Source: Candidatus Bathyarchaeota archaeon
GTDB lineage: Archaea; Thermoproteota; Bathyarchaeia; 40CM-2-53-6; RBG-13-38-9
Reading direction: 5' to 3'
DNA length: 64,000 nt
NCBI GenBank assembly: GCA_963807605.1
Contig: CAWECG010000003.1
Span: 416,001-480,000 of the forward strand
Of the stretch, positions 49,552 through 59,525 are shown piece after piece. How positions within the stretch are numbered: position 1 is the first letter of the stretch; each line of letters opens with the position of its first letter. The translations under genes were made by a program, and so were the position numbers. The notes under the pieces were generated by a model, which was given only the letters and a program-made list of their open reading frames with translations, did not search any database and was not told the origin of the DNA.

Positions 49552-50104
49552 TAATCGTATGTCTTATCTCTTCGTCGAGTCTTTTGAGCCTCTCTATGGA
49601 GGGGTGATCTCGACCGAGTTTATCTGCAAAATGTTTAATCACAAAGTCAATATCGGTGACTTTGCTTCCGCTAACAAGCTTGTCAGCGTAGCAGACGATT
49701 TTCTCCTCAAGCGTCTCAGGCAGGTAATCCTTTGGAGGCAGACCCAAGGCCATCGCCTCTTCCTTAGGGATGCCTGCTCCGACATGCCTCTCGGCTATCC
49801 TCGCCAAGTCTTCGCCGAAGCCAGCTTCCCTGAGAATACCTGCCCCCTCCATCCCATGCTTCACGTCCGTCGTAACTGAGCGACCTACGTCATGGAGGAG
49901 TGCTCCTGACCTAACTAGAGCCATGTCAACGCGAGTTCCTTTTCTTATGCAGGATTCGGCGAGCTCGACAGCCGTCGTTGCTACAGCGATGGAATGCTTG
50001 ATGATCTTTGGATTGCAGGCTTTCTTCTTGAGAAAGCTTAGAGCCTCCTCAGTCGTCGGGCGCTTCAGCTTAGGGGGTGAGGACAACCTTAATCGGATCA
50101 TCAC
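49544..50104 (-). CDS. HD-domain phosphohydrolase (TIGR00295-like)
   Basis: HS..LLHDVGR..HG..ERHVGAG..EEKIVCYADK. Confidence 0.9.
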   Translation of the reverse strand: MMIRLRLSSPPKLKRPTTEEALSFLKKKACNPKIIKHSIAVATTAVELAESCIRKGTRVDMALVRSGALLHDVGRSVTTDVKHGMEGAGILREAGFGEDLARIAERHVGAGIPKEEAMALGLPPKDYLPETLEEKIVCYADKLVSGSKVTDIDFVIKHFADKLGRDHPSIERLKRLDEEIRHTING

Positions 50105-51164
50105 CTTCGACCTCGTTTGCAGCCAACTTCAAACCTTTCTCCGCTTCTTCCAGTGGGAGAACGTGGGTGGCCATCTTCTTTATTGGGTATTTCTGTTCCT
50201 CCAGTAGTCTTACAGCCGCCTCGACATTCCAAGCTTGGCCGAGTCCGCCAACTATCTTGAGCTCTTTCATGACTATCTCATCGGTTGGTATTGGAACTGT
50301 CTTTCCACCTGTCAAGCCGGGGATAACAATGGTCCCTAATGCTTTGACGAGTCTCGGTGCTTCTGAGATGGCCTTGACTGAGCCTGTGTTAAAAATTGTC
50401 ACATCGCTCATCTCTCCGGACGTTATCTCTGCTACACGCTCTACCAGGTTGACCTCATCGACATTTACTGTGTAGTCAGCTCCAAACTCCCTTCCCAGCT
50501 GAAGTCTCTTCTTGTCAATAGATGTTCCCGCAAGAATGATCGTACCGGCACCAACATGGTCCGCAACCATGACTGTCGCCAAGCCTTGAGAGCCGGGTCC
50601 GACAACGACGACAGTGTCACCGGGCTGAACATTTCCTTTAGTGCAGATCCACCGCAAGCCATTGCCAACCACGGAAGCAAGGCATGCTTCCTCTTTTGGA
50701 ACATTGGAAGATACCTTATGAACTCGGGAGTTCGGGGCGACGTACATGTATTGTCCATACGCCCCCCACAGGTGAGGAGGCTCTCTGCATGAGATGTTCA
50801 CACCATAGCATCTATTATTGATGCAGATCGGGTAATTCCCAGTTAAGCAATATCTACATCTTCCGCAGGGGATGTATGGCTCTACGATCAGTCGGTCGCC
50901 AACTTTCACCTTATAGTATTCTGAGGCTTTACGTCCAACTTGATGTGCTCTTCCGACCAATTCATGGCCCATGATTATTGGGAAGGGAGTTGCTAGTATT
51001 CCCCCGAATTTCGTCCCGACGTATCTCTCAGCATCGGAGCCGCAGACGCTGACAGCCTCAATTTGCAGAAGCATATCTTCTGGACCGATTGAAGGGATGT
51101 CGAAATTCTGAAGCTGAACTTTTCTTGGCGCCTCGAGTACTACAGACAATTCTCGGTTTGACAC
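50070..51164 (-). CDS. Zn-dependent alcohol/polyol dehydrogenase (MDR)
   Basis: VCGSD, MGHE, CGRCRYC..C, GPGSQG. Confidence 0.93.
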   Translation of the reverse strand: MSNRELSVVLEAPRKVQLQNFDIPSIGPEDMLLQIEAVSVCGSDAERYVGTKFGGILATPFPIIMGHELVGRAHQVGRKASEYYKVKVGDRLIVEPYIPCGRCRYCLTGNYPICINNRCYGVNISCREPPHLWGAYGQYMYVAPNSRVHKVSSNVPKEEACLASVVGNGLRWICTKGNVQPGDTVVVVGPGSQGLATVMVADHVGAGTIILAGTSIDKKRLQLGREFGADYTVNVDEVNLVERVAEITSGEMSDVTIFNTGSVKAISEAPRLVKALGTIVIPGLTGGKTVPIPTDEIVMKELKIVGGLGQAWNVEAAVRLLEEQKYPIKKMATHVLPLEEAEKGLKLAANEVEGDDPIKVVLTP

Positions 51165-51214
51165 TAAAGATTCCCCTATTGTTTTGAGAGGTTAGAATGC
51201 CAAAACTGAGGATT

Positions 51215-51859
51215 TCATTTTGACATTAGTTGCTTGGCTTTGATCACGCCGTCCCATGCGTCGCGGCCGAAAGCATCCGCGCCGACTTCGTGTGCAATCT
51301 TCTCGTTTAGACAACTCCCTCCGACAAGGACCTTTACTTTCTTTCTGAGCGAGGACTCGTTGAGAGTGTTGATGGTTTCTTTGACCTTGCTGATAGTTAC
51401 GCTGAGCAATGCTGAAAGTGCCACTATGTCTGGATTGAGTTCCTTTGTCTTCTCTACTATAGTCCTGGGAGGGACATCCGCTCCGAGGTCATGAACCTCA
51501 AACTCTGCTGACTTTAACATTGTCGCAACTATGTTCTTTCCTATGTCGTGGAGGTCTCCTTCAACCGTTCCAATCAACACCCTGCCTTTGGTTTCGGTCG
51601 TTTGGCCCTTCAAATGAGGTTCTATAAGTGCCATGCCTTCTTTCATGGTGACGCCTGCCATTATGAGTTCTGAAAGGAAGTAATCCCCCTTTTCATATCT
51701 TTCACCAACAATTTCCATTCCTCGACCCATTCCTTCTCTAATGATCTCTTGGGGTGAGATCTTGTTCCGCAGGGCTACTTCTATTGAACTCTTGAGATTG
51801 TCGGAATCGAGTTCTGCAAGGCTCTTTGCGACTTTCCCAAGAAGCTCTTTCTTACTCAA
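51215..51859 (-). CDS. Corrinoid (cobalamin-binding) protein
   Basis: GTVEGDLHDIGKNIV, LSALL, VGG. Confidence 0.93.
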   Translation of the reverse strand: MSKKELLGKVAKSLAELDSDNLKSSIEVALRNKISPQEIIREGMGRGMEIVGERYEKGDYFLSELIMAGVTMKEGMALIEPHLKGQTTETKGRVLIGTVEGDLHDIGKNIVATMLKSAEFEVHDLGADVPPRTIVEKTKELNPDIVALSALLSVTISKVKETINTLNESSLRKKVKVLVGGSCLNEKIAHEVGADAFGRDAWDGVIKAKQLMSK

Positions 51860-51883
51860 AGTCTATACCTCATCCTATGCGTC

Positions 51884-52240
51884 TTAATTCCATTTTTCGT
51901 ATCTCTTTCCTTCATCGATCATCGTTAATATGTTCTCTGTCTCGACGTGCTGTGCGTTGAGTTCCTGTCTAAGAGGATGAAGCTGGCATTTTCAGCAGCT
52001 GAGTCGATGCAGCCTCCGGTGTCTCTCCTGACATCACGCTCTGCACCTTATGGGATTGCCTGTACACAGTCAACGTTTCCTCTTGCGCGTGCACAGCCGC
52101 CTCCCCCCCCACCCGACAGTCCCTTTCCCGTATCCTCTCTACGTAAACTTTCCATGAAGTCGTGTTGAACGGGAATGTATGAGGTTGCTCCAAGTTGAGC
52201 CCCCCGAGGAAACGTTTCTTGTTAGTCATTATTCTCTGGT
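51884..52240 (-). pseudogene. Remnant of URO-D/MtaA-family methyltransferase
   Basis: Broken frames GNVDC..DVR..CID.AA..FIL..ENILTMIDEG. Confidence 0.55.
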
Positions 52241-52310
52241 ACGGGTGCAATCCTGAAAACGGTCGGAGTGCAACAGTTTAAGAAAAATTATCCGATGAAG
52301 ATCTTATCAT

Positions 52311-52868
52311 TCACGTTAGCATTTCAGTCTCAAGCTTCTGAATCATATTCGAGAGTTCATCGACTATCTTGCTGTTTTCGCTTTCCACGAATTGGCCGCC
52401 GCATTTCGGACATCTGAAAGCAGATTCTATAGCTTCTTCAAAGGGAAGACGGACGTTGCCACACTTACTGCAGACGAAGAAACTATGGGACTTTTCATAT
52501 TCCAGTCTGGGCCTCAGTTTATCGAGTGTCCTTTTCTTACGACTTCGAATGAACGCGTCAAGTTGGTCCGGTTGAAGTTTCCAGTAGAAGATGTACCAAC
52601 CCGTCTTCTCGTCTCTCACTCTGGTACAAGAAACCAGGGTCTTGTCGTATAATTTGTAGAGGACTTTCCTCACAACATTCAAGCGAACGCCTGAATCATT
52701 TGCGATAACATCATCTGTGGCTTCCCTCAATTTTGCGAGGGACCTTACTATCTTGACCGCGTCCTCCTCTCCAAGGAGGCTCGCCACCTTCATTAGTTCA
52801 TCGTCTAAGAGCGACAATGGTCGAATCCTCATTAACCGCACAAGTGAAGTCATAGGCAGTTTTCTCAA
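52311..52868 (-). CDS. tfe: Transcription factor E (TFE alpha)
   Basis: VRKVLYKLY..RDEKTGWYIFYW; CSKC..FEEA..FRCPKCG. Confidence 0.95.
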   Translation of the reverse strand: MRKLPMTSLVRLMRIRPLSLLDDELMKVASLLGEEDAVKIVRSLAKLREATDDVIANDSGVRLNVVRKVLYKLYDKTLVSCTRVRDEKTGWYIFYWKLQPDQLDAFIRSRKKRTLDKLRPRLEYEKSHSFFVCSKCGNVRLPFEEAIESAFRCPKCGGQFVESENSKIVDELSNMIQKLETEMLT

Positions 52869-53030
52869 CAGATTTCCAAGGTTTCGTTTCTGAATTTTGC
52901 GGGGTTCATCACATCCTGATATACTCTTGGAAGTTCATGCTCTTATGTAATTCTATTTTTTTCTGTTTTAAGGATCCGATCTGTATGATTACCGGTCACT
53001 GCTATGTCGAGTATCGCCTTAGGCCATGTC

Positions 53031-53609
53031 TTACGCTGAAATGATTTGCTTTCTACGTGGGGATGGAATAATCCTCAACTTTGCATCTTGAAACTGTTGT
53101 GAGAGTTCCTTGCCTTCAAACAGTCGATCGAGGAAGACCGCTAAGGCAGCAACCTCTGAGTGGGGTTGATTGCCGATTGCGACATTGAAGTCGGATATCT
53201 CTTCGCTGTAGAACTTAGCTGGAACCTTCTGGCTTCCTATCAAGACAAGAATATCTTTCCCAGCACTTCTGATCCTCTCCATCACATCGCTTGATTCAAT
53301 GTTCTCACCGTATACTGTCAGATGAACGGTTGCTCCCCCTTTCTGCCGCCAGGACTTGACAAATCGTTGCCATGCAATGCCCATGTCTAGGTTGAAGGAG
53401 CCGCCCCACCTCTCAACAACTCTCCTTATGGTCGTCGCGACTGTTCTGTCTTCAGCGTCAGTTAGGACAAGACCTGAGGCGCCAAACGCCCGCGCGGTTA
53501 GGGCGACATGGCTTGTAACCCTCATGTCTCGAGGTCTATGCCCCCAGCGCAGTACAACAATCTTCAAATCAAATCCTTCTTCCGTAGCTGTAGAGCGATT
53601 GCATACCAC
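53031..53609 (-). CDS. tRNA (cytidine56-2'-O)-methyltransferase aTrm56
   Basis: GHRPRD.RVTSHVALTARAFG, VHLTVYG, NQPHSEVAAL. Confidence 0.95.
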   Translation of the reverse strand: MVCNRSTATEEGFDLKIVVLRWGHRPRDMRVTSHVALTARAFGASGLVLTDAEDRTVATTIRRVVERWGGSFNLDMGIAWQRFVKSWRQKGGATVHLTVYGENIESSDVMERIRSAGKDILVLIGSQKVPAKFYSEEISDFNVAIGNQPHSEVAALAVFLDRLFEGKELSQQFQDAKLRIIPSPRRKQIISA

Positions 53610-53632
53610 TGACTCCGGCTAGGTACTTATCG

Positions 53633-54151
53633 CTACTTCTTCTTGTATTGGATTACGTCCCCGAGCGTGGGCTCAGATTGTTCCGGCTTCTCAACGGAGA
53701 CATCGGTCTCCTTTCTAGGCAAAAGAAGCTTGATCTTTAATGTGTGTTCAAGTGAGTGGGTCGACCTGAGGTCTGGAGCCATTTTACCTAACTCGATCTT
53801 CTGCACTATGGAGAGGCGTTCTTTAATTGCCCTAGCCAGATCTTGTTGAGACATCTTGTTCTTCTCTCTAGCCTTTTTGATTATTCTTGGGAAATCATCT
53901 GTAATCTCAAGCTCTTCAACCTCCCTTGGCAGACGACTGGCGACCGGCTTGATGACTCTTGGAGTCCCCACGCGTTCTGTGGTCGTGTGAGGGGTTGTTT
54001 CTTCTCTTTTTAGATCAGGTTCGCCTAGGCTGGAGCATCTCATGCAAACGAGCAACCTCGAACCCTCAATGACTATTCTGTTAGGTAGTCCGTAGATGTT
54101 GGAACCACAAATCTCGCAGTTCATTTGCGTTCGCAACTCTTGTAGAGGCAA
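53633..54151 (-). CDS. Multiprotein bridging factor aMBF1 (TIGR00270)
   Basis: CEICG..VC..C; Cro HTH; TLGD. Confidence 0.93.
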   Translation of the reverse strand: MPLQELRTQMNCEICGSNIYGLPNRIVIEGSRLLVCMRCSSLGEPDLKREETTPHTTTERVGTPRVIKPVASRLPREVEELEITDDFPRIIKKAREKNKMSQQDLARAIKERLSIVQKIELGKMAPDLRSTHSLEHTLKIKLLLPRKETDVSVEKPEQSEPTLGDVIQYKKK

Positions 54152-54172
54152 AGGAAGCTTAAATCTGATGCG

Positions 54173-54691
54173 ATGTTATTAGCTTTACGAGTTGTTATGG
54201 ATAGACCGGACTTCTGGCAGTTGAGGAAGCTTAGAGGTGTAGCCAATTACCAATTTGGAAATTCTGTCGGCGAGATCCTATTTCCCAAAGGCGTAAGGAT
54301 CACAAGATCCCCAAGAACTGGGAAGATCAAGCTGATCTATTTTCGAAGGCAACATCTTGCGACTTTGAGAAGCAACGACGGACTCTTCAGTCTCGGTATA
54401 TATGGCGCGAAGCGACTCCTGAACAAACTGGGAGATAAGGCTCCGCTTAGAGCCACGATGAAGGACGGCTTCGAAGACTTCGTTCGGGCGGGAAGAAATC
54501 TATTCGCCAAACATGTCATCTCCGCTGATCCTGCAATTCGACCGCAGAATGAAGTCATCATTGTAGACGGGCGGGGAAGACTGGTCGCTGTCGGAAAGGC
54601 GATTCTGAGCGGTGAGGAAATGGTGTCCTTCAAGCTGGGCGTCGCTGTAAAGGTCAGAAGAGGTGTCGGCGAAGTAGCTCGTTTTAAATAG
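54173..54691 (+). CDS. PUA-domain protein (ArcTGT C-terminal-like)
   Basis: ANYQFG, LATLR.NDG, FAKHV..DP.IRP..EV. Confidence 0.9.
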   Translation: MLLALRVVMDRPDFWQLRKLRGVANYQFGNSVGEILFPKGVRITRSPRTGKIKLIYFRRQHLATLRSNDGLFSLGIYGAKRLLNKLGDKAPLRATMKDGFEDFVRAGRNLFAKHVISADPAIRPQNEVIIVDGRGRLVAVGKAILSGEEMVSFKLGVAVKVRRGVGEVARFK

Positions 54692-54724
54692 CATCTGGTC
54701 TACATTACTGATATTGGGGTACCC

Positions 54725-56488
54725 ATGTTGAAAAGTCTCAGCAGAGTCTCCCTAGTTTTGGTGATGCTATCAATTTTATTTGCCTCAATAAACACCTCAA
54801 TTGTGAGAGCACAACAGGTATCCGTTGGAACTGATAATACAACATACAGTGTTGGCGACCCAGTCAGGATAGGCATTCTTCTCAGCGATATGGGTACGGC
54901 AAGCGTAGAAATGCATGTCAATACGCCTGGAGGGTCAGTTAGCTATGACCTCGGAACTATCGGCTCTGGAGCCTGGTACTACACTACATTGACTGGACTT
55001 ACAGTAACCACCGGAACCTATAATGTGGAAGTTGACGCTATGTCCGGAGACGTGATATGGAAGGGTTACACGACCTTTTATGTTCAAGGCCCGGCCTTCG
55101 ATTTTGCGATGACCGTTTCGCCGCCTACTCAGACGATAACTCAAGGAGGAACTGCCAATTTCCAAATTCTGATCACTTACAGCAGTCAGGCCTACAGTGG
55201 AACCACCATCAACATTATATTGACCGGATTAGGCGCTGGAATGGACCATACTGTATCAAGCGGTGGCGCTCTTACTATTCTTACGTCTGAAAACACTCCA
55301 CCTGCAACCTATTCTATTATTATTACGGGATCAGCTGGTGGCATTACTCATCAGGCGAGCCTCACACTAACAGTAACCCCAAGATTTGATTTTTCTGTCT
55401 CAATCTCGCCAACAACCCAGACAGTTACTATAGGTGATAAGACCTCTTACTCTGTTACGGTAAGTCTGGTGAGCGGCACTGCTGCCCCTGTCTCTCTGAG
55501 TGCCTCTGGCCTGCCTAGTGACGTAACCTTCAGTTTCTCACCCCCGACAGGCCTTCCAACCTTCACCTCAACCCTCACAGTCGATGCCTCTGCAGCCACA
55601 TCTGAAGGCGGTAACACCATCACGGTCATGGCGTCGAGTGGTACGAACTCCAGGACGGCTACTGCGACCCTTGTCGTAAAGAAAGAGGACTTTGCATTGT
55701 CGGCATCCCCTAACATGACCTCCGTCAGGAAAGGAGAGAAAGCAAACTTCAACCTGAATGTGAACCCTATAGGAGGCTTCAATCAACCCGTAACCTTCGC
55801 CATCTCAGGGCTCCCTAGCGGGGCATCTTCCACATTCGCCGTCCCATCGGGTAAACCTCCGTTGACTTCAGAGCTAGCGATAGACGTATCGTCATCGACC
55901 CCTGTGGGTAACTACTCACTAGCAATAGATGCATCTGGTGGAAACAAAACTCACTCCCTAACAGTTTCGCTAGTGGTAGAGAAGAAGATCAGCAGCCTGG
56001 AGATATCAGTCGACCACGGATTGCTCGGCGATGTAACTGTCTCAGGTAATCTAAAACCACCAGTTAAGAATGCGGAAGTCACTCTGTCTTACCATGGGCC
56101 CGAAGGAAAGGAGATGACTCGCAAGGCCACTGTTGACGCAGATGGCGCATTCAAAGATACGCTCTCGCCAGATCCGTCGGGCAACTGGACAGTCGCGGCA
56201 AAATGGCCCGGAAACGATGACTACGATAACTCGTCAAGTCAAACGGCATCATTCACTTCTCAGAAAGGAATCAACCTGGAAATGTTGTTATCTTTCCCTT
56301 ACTTCATAATACCTCTAGTCGTGGCAGTGGTTATCGTCTCTGCAATCGCTGTGACAGTAGGTAGACGTCGTGCAAAGTCCAGAATCGTTCAACCCTCCGC
56401 GAAAGCAAACATATGTTCCAGATGCGGAACTCCAGTTACACCAGGAGACTTGTTCTGTCCAAACTGTGGATCAAGTATCAGCGAGTAA
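54725..56488 (+). CDS. Secreted Ig-like-repeat surface protein with C-terminal TM and zinc ribbon
   Basis: Signal peptide, DF.(L/V)S.SP repeats, TM, CSRCG..CPNCG. Confidence 0.85.
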   Translation: MLKSLSRVSLVLVMLSILFASINTSIVRAQQVSVGTDNTTYSVGDPVRIGILLSDMGTASVEMHVNTPGGSVSYDLGTIGSGAWYYTTLTGLTVTTGTYNVEVDAMSGDVIWKGYTTFYVQGPAFDFAMTVSPPTQTITQGGTANFQILITYSSQAYSGTTINIILTGLGAGMDHTVSSGGALTILTSENTPPATYSIIITGSAGGITHQASLTLTVTPRFDFSVSISPTTQTVTIGDKTSYSVTVSLVSGTAAPVSLSASGLPSDVTFSFSPPTGLPTFTSTLTVDASAATSEGGNTITVMASSGTNSRTATATLVVKKEDFALSASPNMTSVRKGEKANFNLNVNPIGGFNQPVTFAISGLPSGASSTFAVPSGKPPLTSELAIDVSSSTPVGNYSLAIDASGGNKTHSLTVSLVVEKKISSLEISVDHGLLGDVTVSGNLKPPVKNAEVTLSYHGPEGKEMTRKATVDADGAFKDTLSPDPSGNWTVAAKWPGNDDYDNSSSQTASFTSQKGINLEMLLSFPYFIIPLVVAVVIVSAIAVTVGRRRAKSRIVQPSAKANICSRCGTPVTPGDLFCPNCGSSISE

Positions 56489-56537
56489 AACTAAACGGAA
56501 CATGCGCAGCAAAGAATGACTTCAAGACGCCTTAGGA

Positions 56538-56849
56538 TCATATCCTCTCAACATTGCTTTCCAGTTGATCGATGCTGAACTTCAGAATGATGGCATCGCC
56601 TATCTTATCGATTACAGATACAGGTATTCTAACTTTTGTTTTACCTATGTCAAATCTCTTGGAAAAGGCTCTCTTAGCCACATCGCTGTCTAATTCAACG
56701 ACAAAATCCGTTAGAAGACATTTTTCAGGGTCAACAACAAGATCCTTAACCTTGCCTACGAATTGCATTCCAACCCCGTACACCTTCATCTCACCGAATT
56801 CGCTTGCCAGCACGAGACTCACCATCCTAGGATCTATGACGTTGAACAC
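56538..56849 (-). CDS. PRC-barrel domain protein
   Basis: VGKVKDLVVD..IP...IDKIGDAIIL. Confidence 0.85.
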   Translation of the reverse strand: MFNVIDPRMVSLVLASEFGEMKVYGVGMQFVGKVKDLVVDPEKCLLTDFVVELDSDVAKRAFSKRFDIGKTKVRIPVSVIDKIGDAIILKFSIDQLESNVERI

Positions 56850-57103
56850 TTTATGTCTTCCCTTAATTTGACATCAAATAAATCTCTCAGACTGGGAGTG
56901 TTTTGTAAGACGAATACCTTTATGGTCAGAATGCCCCCTTGATCTAGCTGTCGACTTGCCGGGCGTGCGGCACATGTCACTAAGCTATCTGGTTCATTCT
57001 AGAATATGTTGATCATCCGGCCACGTGAAAAACATTTTTCAGAGACCCTTAAGTTTTCTTAGGATTATTAACTAGCGTTGTCGCACGTTGGAGTGGAAGA
57101 GGT

Positions 57104-57487
57104 TTGGCTAATAAGGCTCTTCGATCTATGAGGGGTATGCCATCGGGTAGGGATGCCCTTCGCATGATGCAACGAATGGGTATGGAGACAAATCCAATAG
57201 AGGGCGTCAAAGATGTTACTATCCGAACGACTGAAAGAAAGATCATTATAGACGAACCTGCTGTGGTGTCTATTCGAATGCAAGGGCAATCCATCTTTCA
57301 AGTGGCCGGCGGGACCTTGAGGGAAGAGCCGATAACTGCGGGGTCCAAACCCATTATCCCTGAGGATGATATTGCCCTTGTCGCTCAGCAGGCTAATGTT
57401 ACTTTGGGAGAAGCTAGGAGAGCCTTAGAGAGTTCTGGCGGAGACCTAGCCCAAGCCATTATCTCTTTAAAAAAGGAGAAATCTTAG
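57104..57487 (+). CDS. nac: Nascent polypeptide-associated complex protein
   Basis: RMMQRMGM, FQVAG, DDIALVAQQA..GDLAQAI. Confidence 0.93.
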   Translation: MANKALRSMRGMPSGRDALRMMQRMGMETNPIEGVKDVTIRTTERKIIIDEPAVVSIRMQGQSIFQVAGGTLREEPITAGSKPIIPEDDIALVAQQANVTLGEARRALESSGGDLAQAIISLKKEKS

Positions 57488-58128
57488 CTCTCTTCTTCCA
57501 ATCGTCTTTTTATCCTTTTAAGACGGAAGAAGTCCTCCCTTTCCCTTTCTTCAAGATACATCCTGATGAAACGTATCGTATTGCTCATCCTCGGGATTAT
57601 CACGTATTCTAGGCTGTTGACCCTTCTCTTGACCGATGCTATCGCTTCCGCGAGTTTTGTGAGAGCCGTCTCGATTCCTGCAAGTTCAGCTAGGGTCTTG
57701 ACCGCTTCAATCATCGCTAATGTGGCCTCATCCAGTCTTGCAGATGTGTCGATGACGCTATATGGATAGCTGCTCAAAGGTTTGACCTCGATTTGTAAGT
57801 TCGGTATGGATACGCCAATCACGCTGCGGGTCTTTGCGACGACATCAAACCTATCTTCGACACCGTAGGCCAACTCTTGAAGTTTGGAGTATCCCATTAT
57901 CATCTGCGCCTCAGAGAAGGCTGCGTATGCTACCTCTAGAGACTCCTGGGCTTTCGCTCTGAGGGAGGATATCTCCCTGACGAACTCGAAGAATTCCATC
58001 ATCAGAGCGTCAAGCTTCTCTCTAAGAAGCTCTCTCCCTCTCTCGGCAATGTCCATCCTCTTTCTTAGAGCTAGAAGTTCCATCCTTGTAGGATGGACAT
58101 TCATCAACTGCTCTGACATCGAGAGCAC
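57484..58128 (-). CDS. atpD: A/V-type ATP synthase subunit D
   Basis: PTRMELL, RRVNSLEYVIIP, EREREDFFRLK. Confidence 0.96.
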   Translation of the reverse strand: MLSMSEQLMNVHPTRMELLALRKRMDIAERGRELLREKLDALMMEFFEFVREISSLRAKAQESLEVAYAAFSEAQMIMGYSKLQELAYGVEDRFDVVAKTRSVIGVSIPNLQIEVKPLSSYPYSVIDTSARLDEATLAMIEAVKTLAELAGIETALTKLAEAIASVKRRVNSLEYVIIPRMSNTIRFIRMYLEEREREDFFRLKRIKRRLEEES

Positions 58129-59525
58129 TCAGTTCTTTGTCCTGTACTTCGGGTGGTGAATCTTGATAGTCTCCGGATCTATCCTCTTCAGTTCGCTCTC
58201 AGGAAGCATTGAGAGAAGCTCCCAACCGAGATCTAAGTATCCTCAATCTCCCGGTTCTCGTATACTCCTTGCGTCACAAATCTCCTCTCAAAGATGTCTG
58301 CGAACTTAAGGTACATCTTATCCCTTGAAGAGAGCGCCTCCTCACCGACGACTGCAACTAAATCTCTGAATCCCCTACCTTCTGCGTAGGCATAATACAA
58401 TTGGTCCGAGACCTCTCTGTGGTCTTCACGTGTTCTGCCCTTACCTATCCCTTCCTTCATGAGTCTTGAGAGAGATGGTGAAACGTCTATTGGAGGATAT
58501 ACACCCCTTCTATAGAGACCTCTATCAACTATTATCTGTCCCTCCGTTATGTAACCTGTCAAGTCGGGTATGGGATGTGTCATGTCATCGTGCGGCATAG
58601 TAAGGATGGGCATCTGAGTAACTGAGCCTTTGCTGCCGTGCGTTCTGCCGGCCCGTTCATAAATCGTTGAAAGATCCGTGTACAGGTAGCCGGGGTATCC
58701 TCTTCGTCCCGGGACCTCCTCCCTTGCTGCAGATATCTCTCTCAGGGCTTCACAATAATTCGTCATGTCGGTAAGTATTATCAGAACATGCATTCCAAGT
58801 CGATGGGCAAAGAATTCCGCAGCTGTCAAGGCGATCCTTGGTGTCAGGATCCTCTCTATTGCGGGGTCCTCTGCCAAGTTCACGAATAGAGTGACGTGTT
58901 CAAAAGCGCCCTGCCTCTCGAAATCTTCTTTGAAGAACTGGGCCTCATCAGCCGTTATGCCCATGGCCGCGAAGACTGTTGTAAAAGGCTCCTCGGTGCC
59001 TCTTACCTTTGCTTGACGCGCGATCTGTGCAACTATGGTGTTGTGTGGCAATCCTGACCCTGAGAAGATTGGTAGCTTCTGCCCCCTGACAAGCGTATTC
59101 ATTCCATCTATTGTGGAGATTCCTGTCTGGATAAAGTCTCTAGGATACTCTCTCGCGTAGGGGTTGATTGGCGCCCCATGGACATCTAGATAGTCTTCCG
59201 CGATTATCTTGGGTCCGCCATCAATAGGTTCTCCACTGCCGTTGAAGACTCGGCCAAGCATGTCAGAGGAGACTGGTAGCCGGATAGTTTCACCGCTGAA
59301 AGACACCTTTGTTGTTGGGATATCTAGGTCCGAGGTGCCTTCAAAAACTTGGACGACGGCTATGTCTTCGCCAACTTCAAGAACCTGCCCCCGCCTCTCC
59401 AAGCCAGTTGGCGTAATTATCTTGGCGACTTCACCATATCCAACGCCCCGTACTGCTTTTACGAAGAGTAACGGGCCTGCTATCTCGCTTACTGTGCTGT
59501 ATTCTCTTCCAAGCATTGTGGACAT
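58129..59525 (-). CDS. atpB: A/V-type ATP synthase subunit B (1-nt frameshift near 58235)
   Basis: [23 protein letters not shown]; conserved tail [13 protein letters not shown] lies in a shifted frame ending at 58129. Confidence 0.95.
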
